Notes: generated by a model not told the origin, from the letters alone. Shown: positions 29,624 through 40,484, numbered from the stretch's first letter. The stretch: 64,000 nt of DNA from Candidatus Moanibacter sp. (GCA_965215885.1 CBDCEW010000105.1:32001-96000), one strand, 5' to 3'. Numbers and translations are program-made.

Positions 29624-31399
29624 ATGAAAGACAAAAAATCTTACCAGCTGAATCCTTCGATCGATCGTCTAACTCTGCGCCTGATCTTGCCCGAAGAGCA
29701 GGAGCGTTTCAATGATCTATTGAAGCAACATCATTATTTACACAGTGCGGGCAGCGCGGGAGAGACCCTGCGCTATGTGGCACAGATCGACGGGCAATGG
29801 GTGGGCCTGCTTTTGTGGGGGGCGGCCTCCTACCGACTGAAGGATCGAGACGAATGGATCGGGTGGGACGGGGCGCAACGGCATGGCCGATTAAAACTGG
29901 TGGTACAGAACCGGCGTTTTCTAATTCTGCCCGGGGTGGCTCTTGCAAATTTGGCCTCCAAGACGTTGGGCATGTGCCTGAGAGTCTTAGCCGATGACTG
30001 GCGACAAGCCTTTGGCTATCGCCCCTTGGTAGCGGAAACATTCGTCGATCCACAGATCCACCGGGGCACTTGCTACAATGCGAGCGGGTGGACCCCTTTG
30101 GGCTTGAGCGCGGGATATGGTCGCCACCGCGAGGATTTTTATCAACGCCATGAGCGCCCCAAGCAGATCTGGGTCAAACCCCTCCAGGCCAATGCCCTTG
30201 AGCTGTTGCGCGCTAAAGGACCGTTGCCCGCGGCACAGAGCGAGGCGTTCAATGAAAACGATAACTCCCATGCGGTCTGCTTAAAAGTGGACCAGATGAC
30301 AAGCCTGTGGGAACGTTTCAATCAGATAGAAGACTTCCGTAGGAAGGCGGGCCGTCGCTATCGGCTCGCCACGGTCTTGAGCATGATTGTGCTCGGCACC
30401 ATGTGCGGCAAACAAAACCTCAAGGGTATTGTGCGTTTGGCCCATCATCTTAATCAAGCCCAACTGCGCGCCTTACGCTCCTGGAAAAACCCCAAAACAG
30501 GCCGTTTTCAGGCCCCTTGCTATGATGTCTTCTACCGGGTGCTCCAAAACGTAAAGGCCGAGCTTTTCGATAAAACCCTCACCGAATTCATCTGCTTGCA
30601 AGATGGCCGTTTGCCCCGCGATATTGCCGTCGACGGCAAGACCCTCAAAGGCACCAACACCGAAGAATCAAAGGCCCTGCACCTGGTGGCCGCAGTCGAT
30701 CACCAAAGCGCTCAAACCTTAGCCCAAGTGGCTACCGCCGATAAATCCAACGAGATCACCGCCGCCCAGACTCTCTTGCAAAAGATGCCCGTGATGAACG
30801 GCTCCACTTTCACCTTCGACGCCCTGCATAATCAAAAAGAAACCGCCCACATCGTCGTCGAAGAACTCAGCGCTGACTCTGTTATCCAAATCAAAGACAA
30901 TCAGCCCACGATGCATCAATACGCTCAGAATCTCTTCAGCTCCACCCACTTTTTCTGCACCAAACTGTGGACAATGACCATGGGCGGCTCGAAATTCGTG
31001 ACATTGCAACCCATTCTCTAAGCGCTCCCTCCGCCGGCTTGCCTCATGCCCGTCAGTTCGCCCGTGTGCAACGCACCTTCCATTATCCACACAAAGCGGA
31101 GCCTTCCTCTGAACACTCTTTACTATGTAAGCAGCCACGATCCCGCCGCTTTGAGCCCTCAACAGTTCCTCTCAAAAATCCGCAACCATTGGTCGATCGA
31201 AAATAAAAATCATTATCCCAGGGATCGCTTCTTCGATGAAGATCGATGTATGATCCGTAACCATAACGCAGCCAGAATCCTCGCTGCATGCAGACAACGG
31301 GTTCTCAGCCTTAAGTCTTCCTTGGGCGCTGAATCCACTCCTGAACTCTGTGATGATTTCGTCTTTAACCAACATAAGGCCATCAATATCATCACTTAA
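29624..31399 (+). mobile_element. ISAs1-family transposase with N-terminal DUF4338 domain; two frame changes (~30950, ~31110); element ends not resolved
   Basis: N-terminus HHYL..LRYVA..RDEWIGW..NRRFLIL..ETFVD..GTCY.ASGW. ISAs1 motifs AVDGKTLKG, KSNEI, DALH, IKDNQPT, HGRLEIR, HWSIEN..RD..FDED. Confidence 0.85.
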
Positions 31400-31433
31400 T
31401 GATCCGAGAATCAAAACACCGTGCCTCTACACA

Positions 31434-32489
31434 TTGTCGAAGCGCCCCTGGTTGGTCGCGTCTCTTCTCTCCCTCCTCTTCGCCGGCATGGCCCGGGCAG
31501 ATCTTTTCGATGCCCACGATCCCATCGCCATCACATTGGAGTTGCCGTATGCCGACCTTGTCGAGCAACTGGGTGCGGGGGAGGATCCGGAAAACAAACC
31601 GGTTTATCTTGGTGCGCGCCTCACCTTCCGTGATCCCAATCTCGGAGAACAGACTGTAGATGTCCGTGTCAAGGCTCGAGGGAGACTTCGCCGCCGACCC
31701 GAAATTTGCTACTTCCCGCCCATCTGGATCGATTTCAAAAAGAAATCGGTCAAAGGAACCCTGTTTGAAGGACAGAACAAAGTTAAGCTTGTTGCCCACT
31801 GTCGAGGCGACGCCATCTTCGAACAGTATGTTATGAAGGAATTTCTCGTCTACCGGACATTAAACCTCCTGACCGATCACAGCTTCCGTGTGCGCCTGGC
31901 GCGGGTGACCTACAAGGACTTGAAGGGGAAGCGCAAGCCCAGGACGAAGTATGCCTTCTTCATCGAGGCCGAGAAGGATCTCGGGGATAGAATTGGAGGC
32001 AAAATTGTTAAGACTAACCGCGTCAAGCGGAGACAGTACGATCCGGCGGCCCTCAATCTCGCTTCGGTCTTTCAGTACATGATTGGAAACACCGATTTCA
32101 GCCTGCTGAAAGGTCCTGGCGATGAGCGATGTTGCCACAACGGCCGACCGTTCTCGTTTCCCGATCCAGACGCCCCCTTCGTTCCCGTGCCTTATGATTT
32201 CGATATTGCCGGTATGGTCGACACGCCCTACGCGATTCCAGATCCACATTTCGAGCTTGCGAGCGTCAGAGAACGGATTTACCGCGGGTTCTGCCATAAA
32301 GCAGGAGTTCTGGAGGGGACCATTGAGGTTTTCCATAAGCATCGGTCCGAGATCACCGAACTGTGGAATACCCAACCGGAGCTCAAACCAAGGATTCGGA
32401 AAATCGCGTTGGCCTATATCAGTTCGTTCTACGCCATTATCGACAACCCGAAGAAACGGCAGCGTCGGATTGAATCGAAATGCCGTTGA
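31434..32489 (+). CDS. Secreted hypothetical protein, CotH-kinase-like motifs
   Basis: Signal peptide ending AGMARA. KARG..RR, KLVAHC, IGNTDFS, HN, PVPYDFD. Start uncertain. Confidence 0.7.
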   Translation: MSKRPWLVASLLSLLFAGMARADLFDAHDPIAITLELPYADLVEQLGAGEDPENKPVYLGARLTFRDPNLGEQTVDVRVKARGRLRRRPEICYFPPIWIDFKKKSVKGTLFEGQNKVKLVAHCRGDAIFEQYVMKEFLVYRTLNLLTDHSFRVRLARVTYKDLKGKRKPRTKYAFFIEAEKDLGDRIGGKIVKTNRVKRRQYDPAALNLASVFQYMIGNTDFSLLKGPGDERCCHNGRPFSFPDPDAPFVPVPYDFDIAGMVDTPYAIPDPHFELASVRERIYRGFCHKAGVLEGTIEVFHKHRSEITELWNTQPELKPRIRKIALAYISSFYAIIDNPKKRQRRIESKCR

Positions 32490-32511
32490 CGGCACGATTG
32501 GCGAGGTCGGC

Positions 32512-33696
32512 CTATTCTACAGAGGATTCCAGCATTTCAATTACCTCTGTGAGAGGCGAAGGCTTTGGGTCCAGTTTCTCTGCCTTTCTCAAGTATCGGA
32601 TCAGGCCCTCCCGGGAATCCGTTGGGAGCGAGAGAGGCGTTCCACGGTGAATGGCATAGGCTTTATCCCGATCGATCCTGAGGCAGGCAACTCTTGATCC
32701 ATAGACTGAAGCAAGACCTACGTCCGCGAGGATGACCCGGCCCCCGAACCGCGGCATGATCGCACCGGCGGTGGTGGTATGAGCGATCACGATCCGGTTG
32801 ACCTCGTGCTTCTCCACAAGGGCCATGAGATGGGCCATCTCCTCCTCTTCTTTGTGAAGGGCCAGCCCCCGGTACCAAAGAGGGCCCTCCTCGTGGCGCA
32901 CCAATCCACCGGACGGGGGATCGCCGCTCTTCAACTCCTCGCGAATTCCGTTGTTGATTTCGGACAGAGTTAGACGAGCGAAAGGGGGCCCTATACCCCC
33001 GTGCATAAATAGAGTGTCGTTGATTTTTATCACCGTGTTCCGTTCGCTCACCCAATCTCCAATCTTCCCACCCGGTATCCAGGCCATACGATGTTCCACA
33101 TAACCAAGCGGATACTCACCTTCCCACTTCTTACGGAAATCACGATCAAAAACGGGCCACTCTGTTTCAGGCTTGGTTCGTTGGAAATATCTGATCGTTT
33201 TCTGAAAATGCTCCTCCTGTAACAAGTGTGAGTCGACGTCAACAAAGGCTTCGTACTCGCCCGGATGCACGAAGCGGAGATCACCATAGGTGTTCATAGC
33301 GTCGTGGTTCCCAATCAGAATGTGGACGTCGCCCTTGGCCCGTTGGGCCTGTTTTTTCAGCTTCTGCAGATGCTTGATGATTTTCAATGTGTCCGGACCG
33401 CGATCCGGAATGTCCCCTAACTGAACAAGATGCGCGCTTCCGCCCTGCCATCGGCCGGAGCGAGAGATGATATCAGCCGATCTGAGCACCGCGAGAAACT
33501 GACTGTAGTCACCGTGAAGATCGCCCACCGCCACAATTTTTTCAACCCCGCTCCACGTGTCGGTCGCGGAAGTCGCAAGAGAGAAAGAAAAGAGCAAGAG
33601 CGCAAGCCACGCCATAAGCAGTCGGCCGTGCTTCCTCCAGACGGTGAAGAGCTCACCGCCGATGGAAAGACGATAGGTGGAGATCTGATTGGCCAT
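32512..33696 (-). CDS. Metallophosphoesterase (Shewanella-like phosphatase type) with signal peptide
   Basis: GDLHGD, GDIPDRG, GNHD, HGG, GPLWYRG, AHT. Confidence 0.9.
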   Translation of the reverse strand: MANQISTYRLSIGGELFTVWRKHGRLLMAWLALLLFSFSLATSATDTWSGVEKIVAVGDLHGDYSQFLAVLRSADIISRSGRWQGGSAHLVQLGDIPDRGPDTLKIIKHLQKLKKQAQRAKGDVHILIGNHDAMNTYGDLRFVHPGEYEAFVDVDSHLLQEEHFQKTIRYFQRTKPETEWPVFDRDFRKKWEGEYPLGYVEHRMAWIPGGKIGDWVSERNTVIKINDTLFMHGGIGPPFARLTLSEINNGIREELKSGDPPSGGLVRHEEGPLWYRGLALHKEEEEMAHLMALVEKHEVNRIVIAHTTTAGAIMPRFGGRVILADVGLASVYGSRVACLRIDRDKAYAIHRGTPLSLPTDSREGLIRYLRKAEKLDPKPSPLTEVIEMLESSVE

Positions 33697-33806
33697 TTGA
33701 ACTACGGGGCGCCGAAGCGTTAGTCCGCCTATTTAGGATGTCGCTTCGCTCGGTACACAGAATAAGCGGACTAACCCGAAAATTGCAAGATGTCTCCCGC
33801 TGAGCG

Positions 33807-35412
33807 CATTTGCGTTAACCTAAGGAGAAGAAACAAGAGAGGAAATCAAGTCGAGAACGCTTTTCATAGGTGCAGTGTTTGGGGATTTGTTTGAGCCATC
33901 GTGGGATGATCTGATCTTTGGGAATGTGAGAGAGGATGAAGAAGTAGGGAGCAAAGAAGCCAAACCAGTAGGAGAATTTAAGGATACTCAGAGGAGAGGA
34001 CAAACTGGTATTCGAATAGTGTCTAAGGGGACCATAGACGAAGTTGAGTAAGTGGGTAATGAGGATGAGACGGGCGTAGATAAGAAGCTCAACCTGGTAG
34101 GGAGTAGTCTCTTTGACCTGACCGAGATTAAGATGTTGCTTAAAGGCCTTAAAGAAAATTTCGATGCGCCAGCGAAGCCCGTAAAAGCTCAGAATCTGCT
34201 TAGGGCTAAAGTCTTTCTGATGGAGGTTTGTAATAAAGATTTGGAAACCGAGAAGGAAGCTGGTGCGGCTGGTATATCGAAGTCTATTGTCGCGGTTTTG
34301 TCTATGCTCGCGGCGGCGTTTATGGGCCACCTTCTGAGGGAGTTTGACGGCGATCAGACGAACCGGAAGCTTGGCTTTTTTACCCACCCGAACGGGCATA
34401 TCGAGAAGCTTTTGGCCACGTAAAAGTTTGCGTAGATCGAGCTCTTCATCGCCTTCGTTGGCTAAAAGGCAAGTGCCGGTTTTCAAACGACTCACAAAGA
34501 AGCAGCCGCGCTGATCGAGTTGCTTAAAGACATCGAGGACAAAATAGCCTAAGTCGCGCAGGATCAAGTCGTTGGGTTGAGCGAGAGCGAGAATGTCTTT
34601 GGAAGCAGCCTGATCGTTTTTTCGGAAGCTACTGAGGCTGAAGTCAACGAAGGATTCATTGCGCAGATCGTAATAGGCCTGAATCTTCAGTTGAGCCTGT
34701 TTGGAGCCTGTCTGATTGGACGCTCCGGGGAAGAAGGGGGCCAGGACCTTAGGCAAGCCAATCGAAGTGCTGTCGGCAATGAGAACCCGTTCAAAGCTCC
34801 TCATGCAATTTGGAACAGCTCTGCCCACAGGCCCATAAGCTTTAAGTTCTAAAAGCCTCAGGAGCACTAAGGTCATAAAAGCGGTGGCTTTTTTGGCGCA
34901 CTTTTGGACCGCTTGTCTGGAAATGGTGCGGTTGGCTAAGAATCCAATAAGCTCGGCTTCTTTGCCAAGGGACAAGGCCCCCTTAGAAGCCATCGCCAGC
35001 AAAGCCAAAACAAAGTTCAGAGGGGAGATCTTGCGCGATTTCCTCTCTCTAAAACCACTCTGTTTAGCGAGGGCTGTGAGGTTCAACTTACGGAAGGTTT
35101 GACGGATACAATCAGCTTTTTTTATACTTTGCATCCGAAGGATAAATCCTATATATGAACGAATGTACAGTATAAAATGCTGCCAAAGTGAAAAAAAATG
35201 GGGTAGACGGTAAAAGTAGAGAAGATAACCCGACCAAAATGCACTCGCTCAACTGCGAATTTCCTCACCGCTGTGGTCGAAACGAAGCAAATAGAAAAGG
35301 GCGAACAAATGGAGTGGAACCTCGAGGATAGAGACACCCTCATACTCCGCCGCAAAATACCTCGCAAGTCTTTGAATCTGACTAAGTTGCGAAAATAAGG
35401 TTTACGCGTATG
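33807..35412 (-). mobile_element. IS4-family element, 1606 bp
   Basis: TIRs CATTTGCGTTAACCTAA / CATACGCGTAAACCTTA. 9-bp DR CGCTGAGCG (33798-33806, 35413-35421). Confidence 0.92.
33815..35134 (-). CDS. IS4-family transposase
   Basis: IADST, RDLGY, Y..RWRIE.FFK..K (YREK signature). Confidence 0.92.
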   Translation of the reverse strand: MQSIKKADCIRQTFRKLNLTALAKQSGFRERKSRKISPLNFVLALLAMASKGALSLGKEAELIGFLANRTISRQAVQKCAKKATAFMTLVLLRLLELKAYGPVGRAVPNCMRSFERVLIADSTSIGLPKVLAPFFPGASNQTGSKQAQLKIQAYYDLRNESFVDFSLSSFRKNDQAASKDILALAQPNDLILRDLGYFVLDVFKQLDQRGCFFVSRLKTGTCLLANEGDEELDLRKLLRGQKLLDMPVRVGKKAKLPVRLIAVKLPQKVAHKRRREHRQNRDNRLRYTSRTSFLLGFQIFITNLHQKDFSPKQILSFYGLRWRIEIFFKAFKQHLNLGQVKETTPYQVELLIYARLILITHLLNFVYGPLRHYSNTSLSSPLSILKFSYWFGFFAPYFFILSHIPKDQIIPRWLKQIPKHCTYEKRSRLDFLSCFFSLG

Positions 35413-35748
35413 CGCTGAGCGGGATCGGTAGTGAGATTTTCGGGCTAGGCGGGTTGCATCTGGGTTGGCGACAGCTCTCTCAGTAGTGCCCGAGTAAGAG
35501 TGTCAGTCTCAGGTATTCTGTAGACAAGCCATCTTTAGCCCGGACATTACACAGAGTAAGCGGACTATCTAGAGCCTTTTCTAAAAGGGTGAATGCCCTC
35601 TGTCAGCGAACAGGCCTCCTTGATCCAACTTCGGCGAGTTTATTCTTGCATCTTACCGCAATCAGTTGAATTTTTGCCCGAGAGTGAGGCTGGTACACTC
35701 AGGAAGCGTGAGGTTGTGAATTTCGATTCGAACGTCGAACTATTAACC

Positions 35749-36078
35749 ATGACGACCAGCTCTTCACCGCTCCCCTATGAGGACGCTCTCGCGGCGAAAC
35801 CCCTTCATGACGTGAGGCAACAGATTCTTCTGCTGTATCTCGGCGGATCCGACCTTGGGGCGCAAGTCATTGGATGGACGCTCTACGACGGCACCGGTCG
35901 GTATAACTACGACAGTAACGAACGAGACGAACCGATTTACAAAACGGGGCTGGATGCCCTGCGCGCCGGCTGGCACATCGTGCAATGGCCGGTATTGCAG
36001 AACACCAACCCCGTCGACGGGAACGAGTCCGGCTTTCTGCCGTTTGAGTTCGTTTTCGAACGAAAGGTGTTGCCGTGA
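35749..36078 (+). CDS. Small hypothetical protein coupled to PhyH gene (family member 1)
   Basis: 109 aa; stop overlaps the PhyH start (GTGA). Similar to 41867-42174 and 63736-end. Confidence 0.75.
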   Translation: MTTSSSPLPYEDALAAKPLHDVRQQILLLYLGGSDLGAQVIGWTLYDGTGRYNYDSNERDEPIYKTGLDALRAGWHIVQWPVLQNTNPVDGNESGFLPFEFVFERKVLP

Positions 36079-36935
36079 ACAAGCCGCTCACTGAGGAACT
36101 ACCCGTTAAAACAGGCAAGCCCTTTCCTCTCTTGAACAGCAGGGAGGTCGCGACTTTTGTCAACCAGGGTTACCTGCGCTTCGACGAAATTGTGCCGAGG
36201 GATCTGTGCCGGGAAACCCTGGAATTTCTGACCGGCCCGTCCGCATCCTTTAGATCGTATGAAGGCAGACACACGATCAGCCAAAGTTGGCTGGGAACTC
36301 CCCTCGCTGACGTGTTCTCCATACCGAAAATCAGAGGCATTGCCGAAAGTCTGGTCGGAGAGGAACCCTGGGTGGACGGCCAGGCCATGCACTTACTGCC
36401 GGCCAACTCGCCCGGCGCAACAGGGTTGCACCAGGATTATGAACGCAAACCGTTTCGTTACCGGTTCCGCGTGCTGCTCTCCTTCTTCTTTCACGACGTT
36501 CCCTACGATATGGGCGGCACAGTCTTTCTCCCAGGCTCCCACTTGCGCCGGATGGACCGCTTCCTCTCTCCGGCGAGGTACCATCACATCACCGGCAAGT
36601 TGCCCTGCGTTTGCAAAGCGGGAACCATGTTCATCTGGCATTGGAATATCTGGCACGAGAGGCGAAGCAATCAAACGGACAAATCCCGCTACATGTATAA
36701 GGTCTTTCTTCACCCAAGGGTTCGCCAGCGCCTGATGTGGGATACCCGCGACTTGGACGACCCGGAAATTGACAAGATCCTGACCCGCCCCCAGCCCTGG
36801 TTTGGCGGTGAGGGTCGGTTGGAGGCCCTGAAACGCATAGAGCTCTGGCGTTACCTCACTGGCGATCGCGAAAAAAAGGTGGCATGGCAACCCATCGACC
36901 AGTATCCCAACGACGCTGAGTACGACGAGCTTTGA
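36075..36935 (+). CDS. PhyH family protein
   Basis: GYLRFD, HQD, GGT.FLPGSH, IWHE. Confidence 0.88.
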   Translation: MNKPLTEELPVKTGKPFPLLNSREVATFVNQGYLRFDEIVPRDLCRETLEFLTGPSASFRSYEGRHTISQSWLGTPLADVFSIPKIRGIAESLVGEEPWVDGQAMHLLPANSPGATGLHQDYERKPFRYRFRVLLSFFFHDVPYDMGGTVFLPGSHLRRMDRFLSPARYHHITGKLPCVCKAGTMFIWHWNIWHERRSNQTDKSRYMYKVFLHPRVRQRLMWDTRDLDDPEIDKILTRPQPWFGGEGRLEALKRIELWRYLTGDREKKVAWQPIDQYPNDAEYDEL

Positions 36936-37008
36936 AGGCGGCAAAATTGCGGGATTTTTGTAATCCTTCTTCCTGATTTCTTCTTAGAGCAATTTGGTAG
37001 AAGAGCGA

Positions 37009-38115
37009 ATGCCACTGAAATTCAAAAAAATCCTCATCGACGATCAGCGCTTTGAATCCGCTGGGATCATGGATGTGAATCAGGACGGTCACCTCGATAT
37101 TGTTTCCGGTTCCTACTGGTACGAGGGGCCCGATTTCGTAAAACGGCACATCGTCGCGCCACAGGAGCCGCAGAATGTTGAATATTTTGACGACTTCTCA
37201 ACCATTCCGCTCGATGTGAATGGGAATGGTCTTCCTGACGTTATCACGGGAGGATGGTTTGGAAAACAGCTCCGCTGGCTCGAGAATCCCGGGGATACGG
37301 GTAGAGAGTGGCAAGTCCACGAGTTAAAGGAGATCGGCAATATTGAGACCACCCGCGCCTGGGACATCGACGGGGACGGGAATCTCGAGATCATCCCCAA
37401 CACCCCCAACGAACCTCTCAGGGTTTTCAAGCTCGTCATCGACTCCTCGGGAAAAGGGACCGGGGAGTTTGAAGTTCACTTACTCCGAGAGGAATCTCAA
37501 GAGCACGGTCTGGGATGCGGCGACATCGCGGGGAATGGGCGTATGGATATCGTGCTACGGGAGGGTTGGCTGGAAGCGCCCGAGGCCACCTATGCTGCGG
37601 AGTGGATATGGCATCCCGGATTACCGATAGTGAACAGAGCCAGCGTGCCCATTCTCGTCGTTGATGTCACCGGAAACGGGATCAACGACCTGATTGTCGG
37701 GAGTGCCCATGACTACGGCCTCGACTGGATAGAACACCAGTTCGAGGCCGGCGAACACCGCTGGGTCAGGCATCCCATCGATCCTTATAATTCCCAGTAT
37801 CACGACATGAAATGGATCGACATCGACGGCGACGGAGCGTGCGAACTCGTCACGGGCAAGAGATACCGCGCCCACAGCGGCACGGATTCCGGAGCGCATG
37901 ACGACTACGGCATTTACTACTTCAAATGGACGGGTGAGAATTTTGTGAAAGAGGTCGTCGATTACGGTCCCAAACGCGAAACCACCGGTTTAGGCATTCA
38001 TTTCGATATGGCCGATATGACAGGTAACGGTTTTCCGGACATCGTGGCGCCGGGTAAGGACGGGCTCTATCTTTACATCAACGAGGGAGCCGAGATAGAG
38101 GGTTTCAAGTATTGA
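37009..38115 (+). CDS. FG-GAP/VCBS-repeat beta-propeller protein
   Basis: Seven D-x-N/D-x-D/N-G-x-x-D/E repeats. Confidence 0.85.
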   Translation: MPLKFKKILIDDQRFESAGIMDVNQDGHLDIVSGSYWYEGPDFVKRHIVAPQEPQNVEYFDDFSTIPLDVNGNGLPDVITGGWFGKQLRWLENPGDTGREWQVHELKEIGNIETTRAWDIDGDGNLEIIPNTPNEPLRVFKLVIDSSGKGTGEFEVHLLREESQEHGLGCGDIAGNGRMDIVLREGWLEAPEATYAAEWIWHPGLPIVNRASVPILVVDVTGNGINDLIVGSAHDYGLDWIEHQFEAGEHRWVRHPIDPYNSQYHDMKWIDIDGDGACELVTGKRYRAHSGTDSGAHDDYGIYYFKWTGENFVKEVVDYGPKRETTGLGIHFDMADMTGNGFPDIVAPGKDGLYLYINEGAEIEGFKY

Positions 38116-38178
38116 CGGCGGGCATCGACCGTGATTCGGGAAGCCTGCATCGCACGAAAAGCGATTTCTTATCAGTTA

Positions 38179-39001
38179 ATGCAAGACAATCAGAATTCAG
38201 CGGCACGGGTAGGAGATATTCAAGCCGGACAAATCGATCTTTCCGAGAAGGTCGCGCTGGTTACCGGCGGTGGGCGTGGTATCGGCGCCACGATATCGCT
38301 GGTGCTCGCGCAGGCCGGGGCGGATGTAGTCATAAATTACAGTACCAGCCAGGAAGAATCCAAGAGGATACAAGGCAAAATTGAGGCGGCAGGCGGGCGG
38401 GCCGCGACCATTCGTGCCGATGTCGGAGACACCGCTCAGTGTGCAGCGCTCGTCCGTCAGGCTGAAGAGACTTTCGGCCGGGTGGATATCCTGGTGAGCA
38501 ACGCCGGGATCGGCCAACCACACAAGATCGTCGATACCCCCGATGAGGAATGGGAACGAGTGATGAACGTCAATGCGCGTGCCACATTTGCACTTGCCCG
38601 CGAACTCCTGGCTGGCATGATCAAGAGGAAGTTCGGACGGTTCGTTACGATTTCCTCGAACATCGCCGTCTACGGGCGTGGGGGTGGTTCTTTTGCAACC
38701 TACGGGGCGTCAAAAGCGGCCTTAATTGCCCTGCAAGGGGATAGCTCATGAAGGCGCTCCCTTTGTCACAGCCAATGCAATCTGCCCCGGCACCACGGCC
38801 CGAGAGTTAGCGGAAGATAGAACAACACCAATACAAATTCAGGAAGATCTGCCGATGAACTGGTTAGGCATCCCGATGCTCATCAGCCGCAAGGGGACAC
38901 CTGAAGATATCGCCCACGCGGTGAGCTATTTCGCATCGCCTGCCGCAGAATATGTCACCGTGCAAACGCTCCATGTCAGCGGCGGATTGTTCATGCCCTA
39001 A
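38179..39001 (+). pseudogene. SDR (FabG-like) with frameshift near 38730
   Basis: TGGGRGIG, NAG, YGASKAA, then ANAICPG...GTPEDIA...LHVSGG in another frame. Confidence 0.8.
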
Positions 39002-39054
39002 CCCGAAAATCTCACTACCGAGCGGAGCGACATCTTGCAATTTTCGGGTTAATG

Positions 39055-39217
39055 GCGAAACCGATATGTAATTTGCTGAAAAGCAGGTTGTTAAGACTAT
39101 GTAAAGATGCCTTCAAGGATATTCATTTTGATAGACTGTTTGATACTCAACCGTTCGAAGGATAAATACATAAACATTCAACTTACTGAATTTCAGTAAA
39201 TTACATATCGGTTTCGC
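39055..39217. mobile_element. MITE-like element, 163 bp, 27-bp TIRs
   Basis: GCGAAACCGATATGTAATTT[G/A]CTGAAA at both ends (1 mismatch). AT-rich non-coding interior. Confidence 0.75.
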
Positions 39218-39271
39218 TTTCTAGTCCGCTTATTTTGTGAAATAAGCGGACTAACTTCAAAAAGGGAATCA

Positions 39272-40180
39272 GTGGCACAATTAACCCAGTCAGAGGTCGA
39301 CTCATACCGGGACCAGGGCTACCTGCTCCTGCGAGAGAGCCTCAAGCCGGAAGACTTAGCGTCTCTACGCCTGTTGATTCTAGTGCTCGTGGACAAGCAT
39401 GCTCGTAAGCTCTACCGCGCGGGAAAGATATCCTCCCTCCATGAAGGTGAGTCGTTTGAGCGCCGCTTGGCCGTTATCAATGAGGAAGCCAAGCTGGGGG
39501 TGAGCTTGTGGGACCTGACACAAGCGTTCGATTCCCCAGATCTGTTCAACCTCATACGCCATCCGGCGATCCTGGACAGCGTCGAATCGCTGCTAGGGCC
39601 GGAAGTTGCTTGGACGGGCAGCTACGTCACCAGACCGAAGCTACCACAAAATGAGCGAACTCCTTTCCCCTGGCACCAGGATAGTCAATACTATGGCGAG
39701 TCGACCCAACATATCCATGTGGTGAGCATGTGGATACCGTTAGTCGATGTGGACGAGCGCAATGGCTGCCTCTACGTCATGCCGGGCAGCCACAGCTGGA
39801 GTCTTCTGAAGGGCGAACGCGGTGCGGATAAGAAGATACGCACGTTCGAGGACGTCGAAAAGCGGGGCAAGCCAGTCGCCCTGCCGATGAGACCAGGTGA
39901 TATTCTCTTCTTCTCCAATCTCACCTTTCATGCCAGCAAGCTCAATACCACGGACAGGGTGCGCTGGAACGCAGACCTGCGCTATGTGGCGCCTCCCGAG
40001 TCCCAACCGCTGTCGGAACAAGAGCGGCAAGCTTACGACACCCTGAATGCCCACTACCGCGTGGCGCCCATTACTGTCCGCAGCCGTCAGCTGGAGAAGA
40101 TCGCGAACTTGGCGCAACTGCAGGCATTCTCGCGAGCCTGGCGCAACTATAGGCATTCGTCTCCCGGCGTTCGGCGCTAA
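39272..40180 (+). CDS. PhyH family protein
   Basis: PWHQD, WIPLVD..NGCL..PGSH, TFHAS. Confidence 0.9.
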   Translation: MAQLTQSEVDSYRDQGYLLLRESLKPEDLASLRLLILVLVDKHARKLYRAGKISSLHEGESFERRLAVINEEAKLGVSLWDLTQAFDSPDLFNLIRHPAILDSVESLLGPEVAWTGSYVTRPKLPQNERTPFPWHQDSQYYGESTQHIHVVSMWIPLVDVDERNGCLYVMPGSHSWSLLKGERGADKKIRTFEDVEKRGKPVALPMRPGDILFFSNLTFHASKLNTTDRVRWNADLRYVAPPESQPLSEQERQAYDTLNAHYRVAPITVRSRQLEKIANLAQLQAFSRAWRNYRHSSPGVRR

Positions 40181-40484
40181 ATTTTATCATGCTTACGCCG
40201 CTCAACCGGGTGAGCAAACGGCGATGACCGATAACTGGCTTGTGGGCCCCGATCTGTTCTTGCAGAACTACCCGATGCTTGACGAGTTTCTAGCCCGGGT
40301 CGGTGTTGACCCAGGGATGCTCCACATCGGGAACGCCGTGAAAGGTGAGCACGAGGATGGCACCTTCCTTTGCCTGCCCGGTCGCCCACACCAGATCGTC
40401 AAAGACCCAGCGAGGTCCGGAGGCACCCGTAGTGGGAACCAGAATCAGATTGCAAAATCGAGTCGGTAAAAGAAATCTTAACCT

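Noticed and set aside
29624..30260. Druantia defence system (DruA)
   Set aside because: The domain is fused to an ISAs1 transposase and no DruE-like helicase or other Dru genes are present. The neighbouring helicase is an ordinary DEAD-box RNA helicase.
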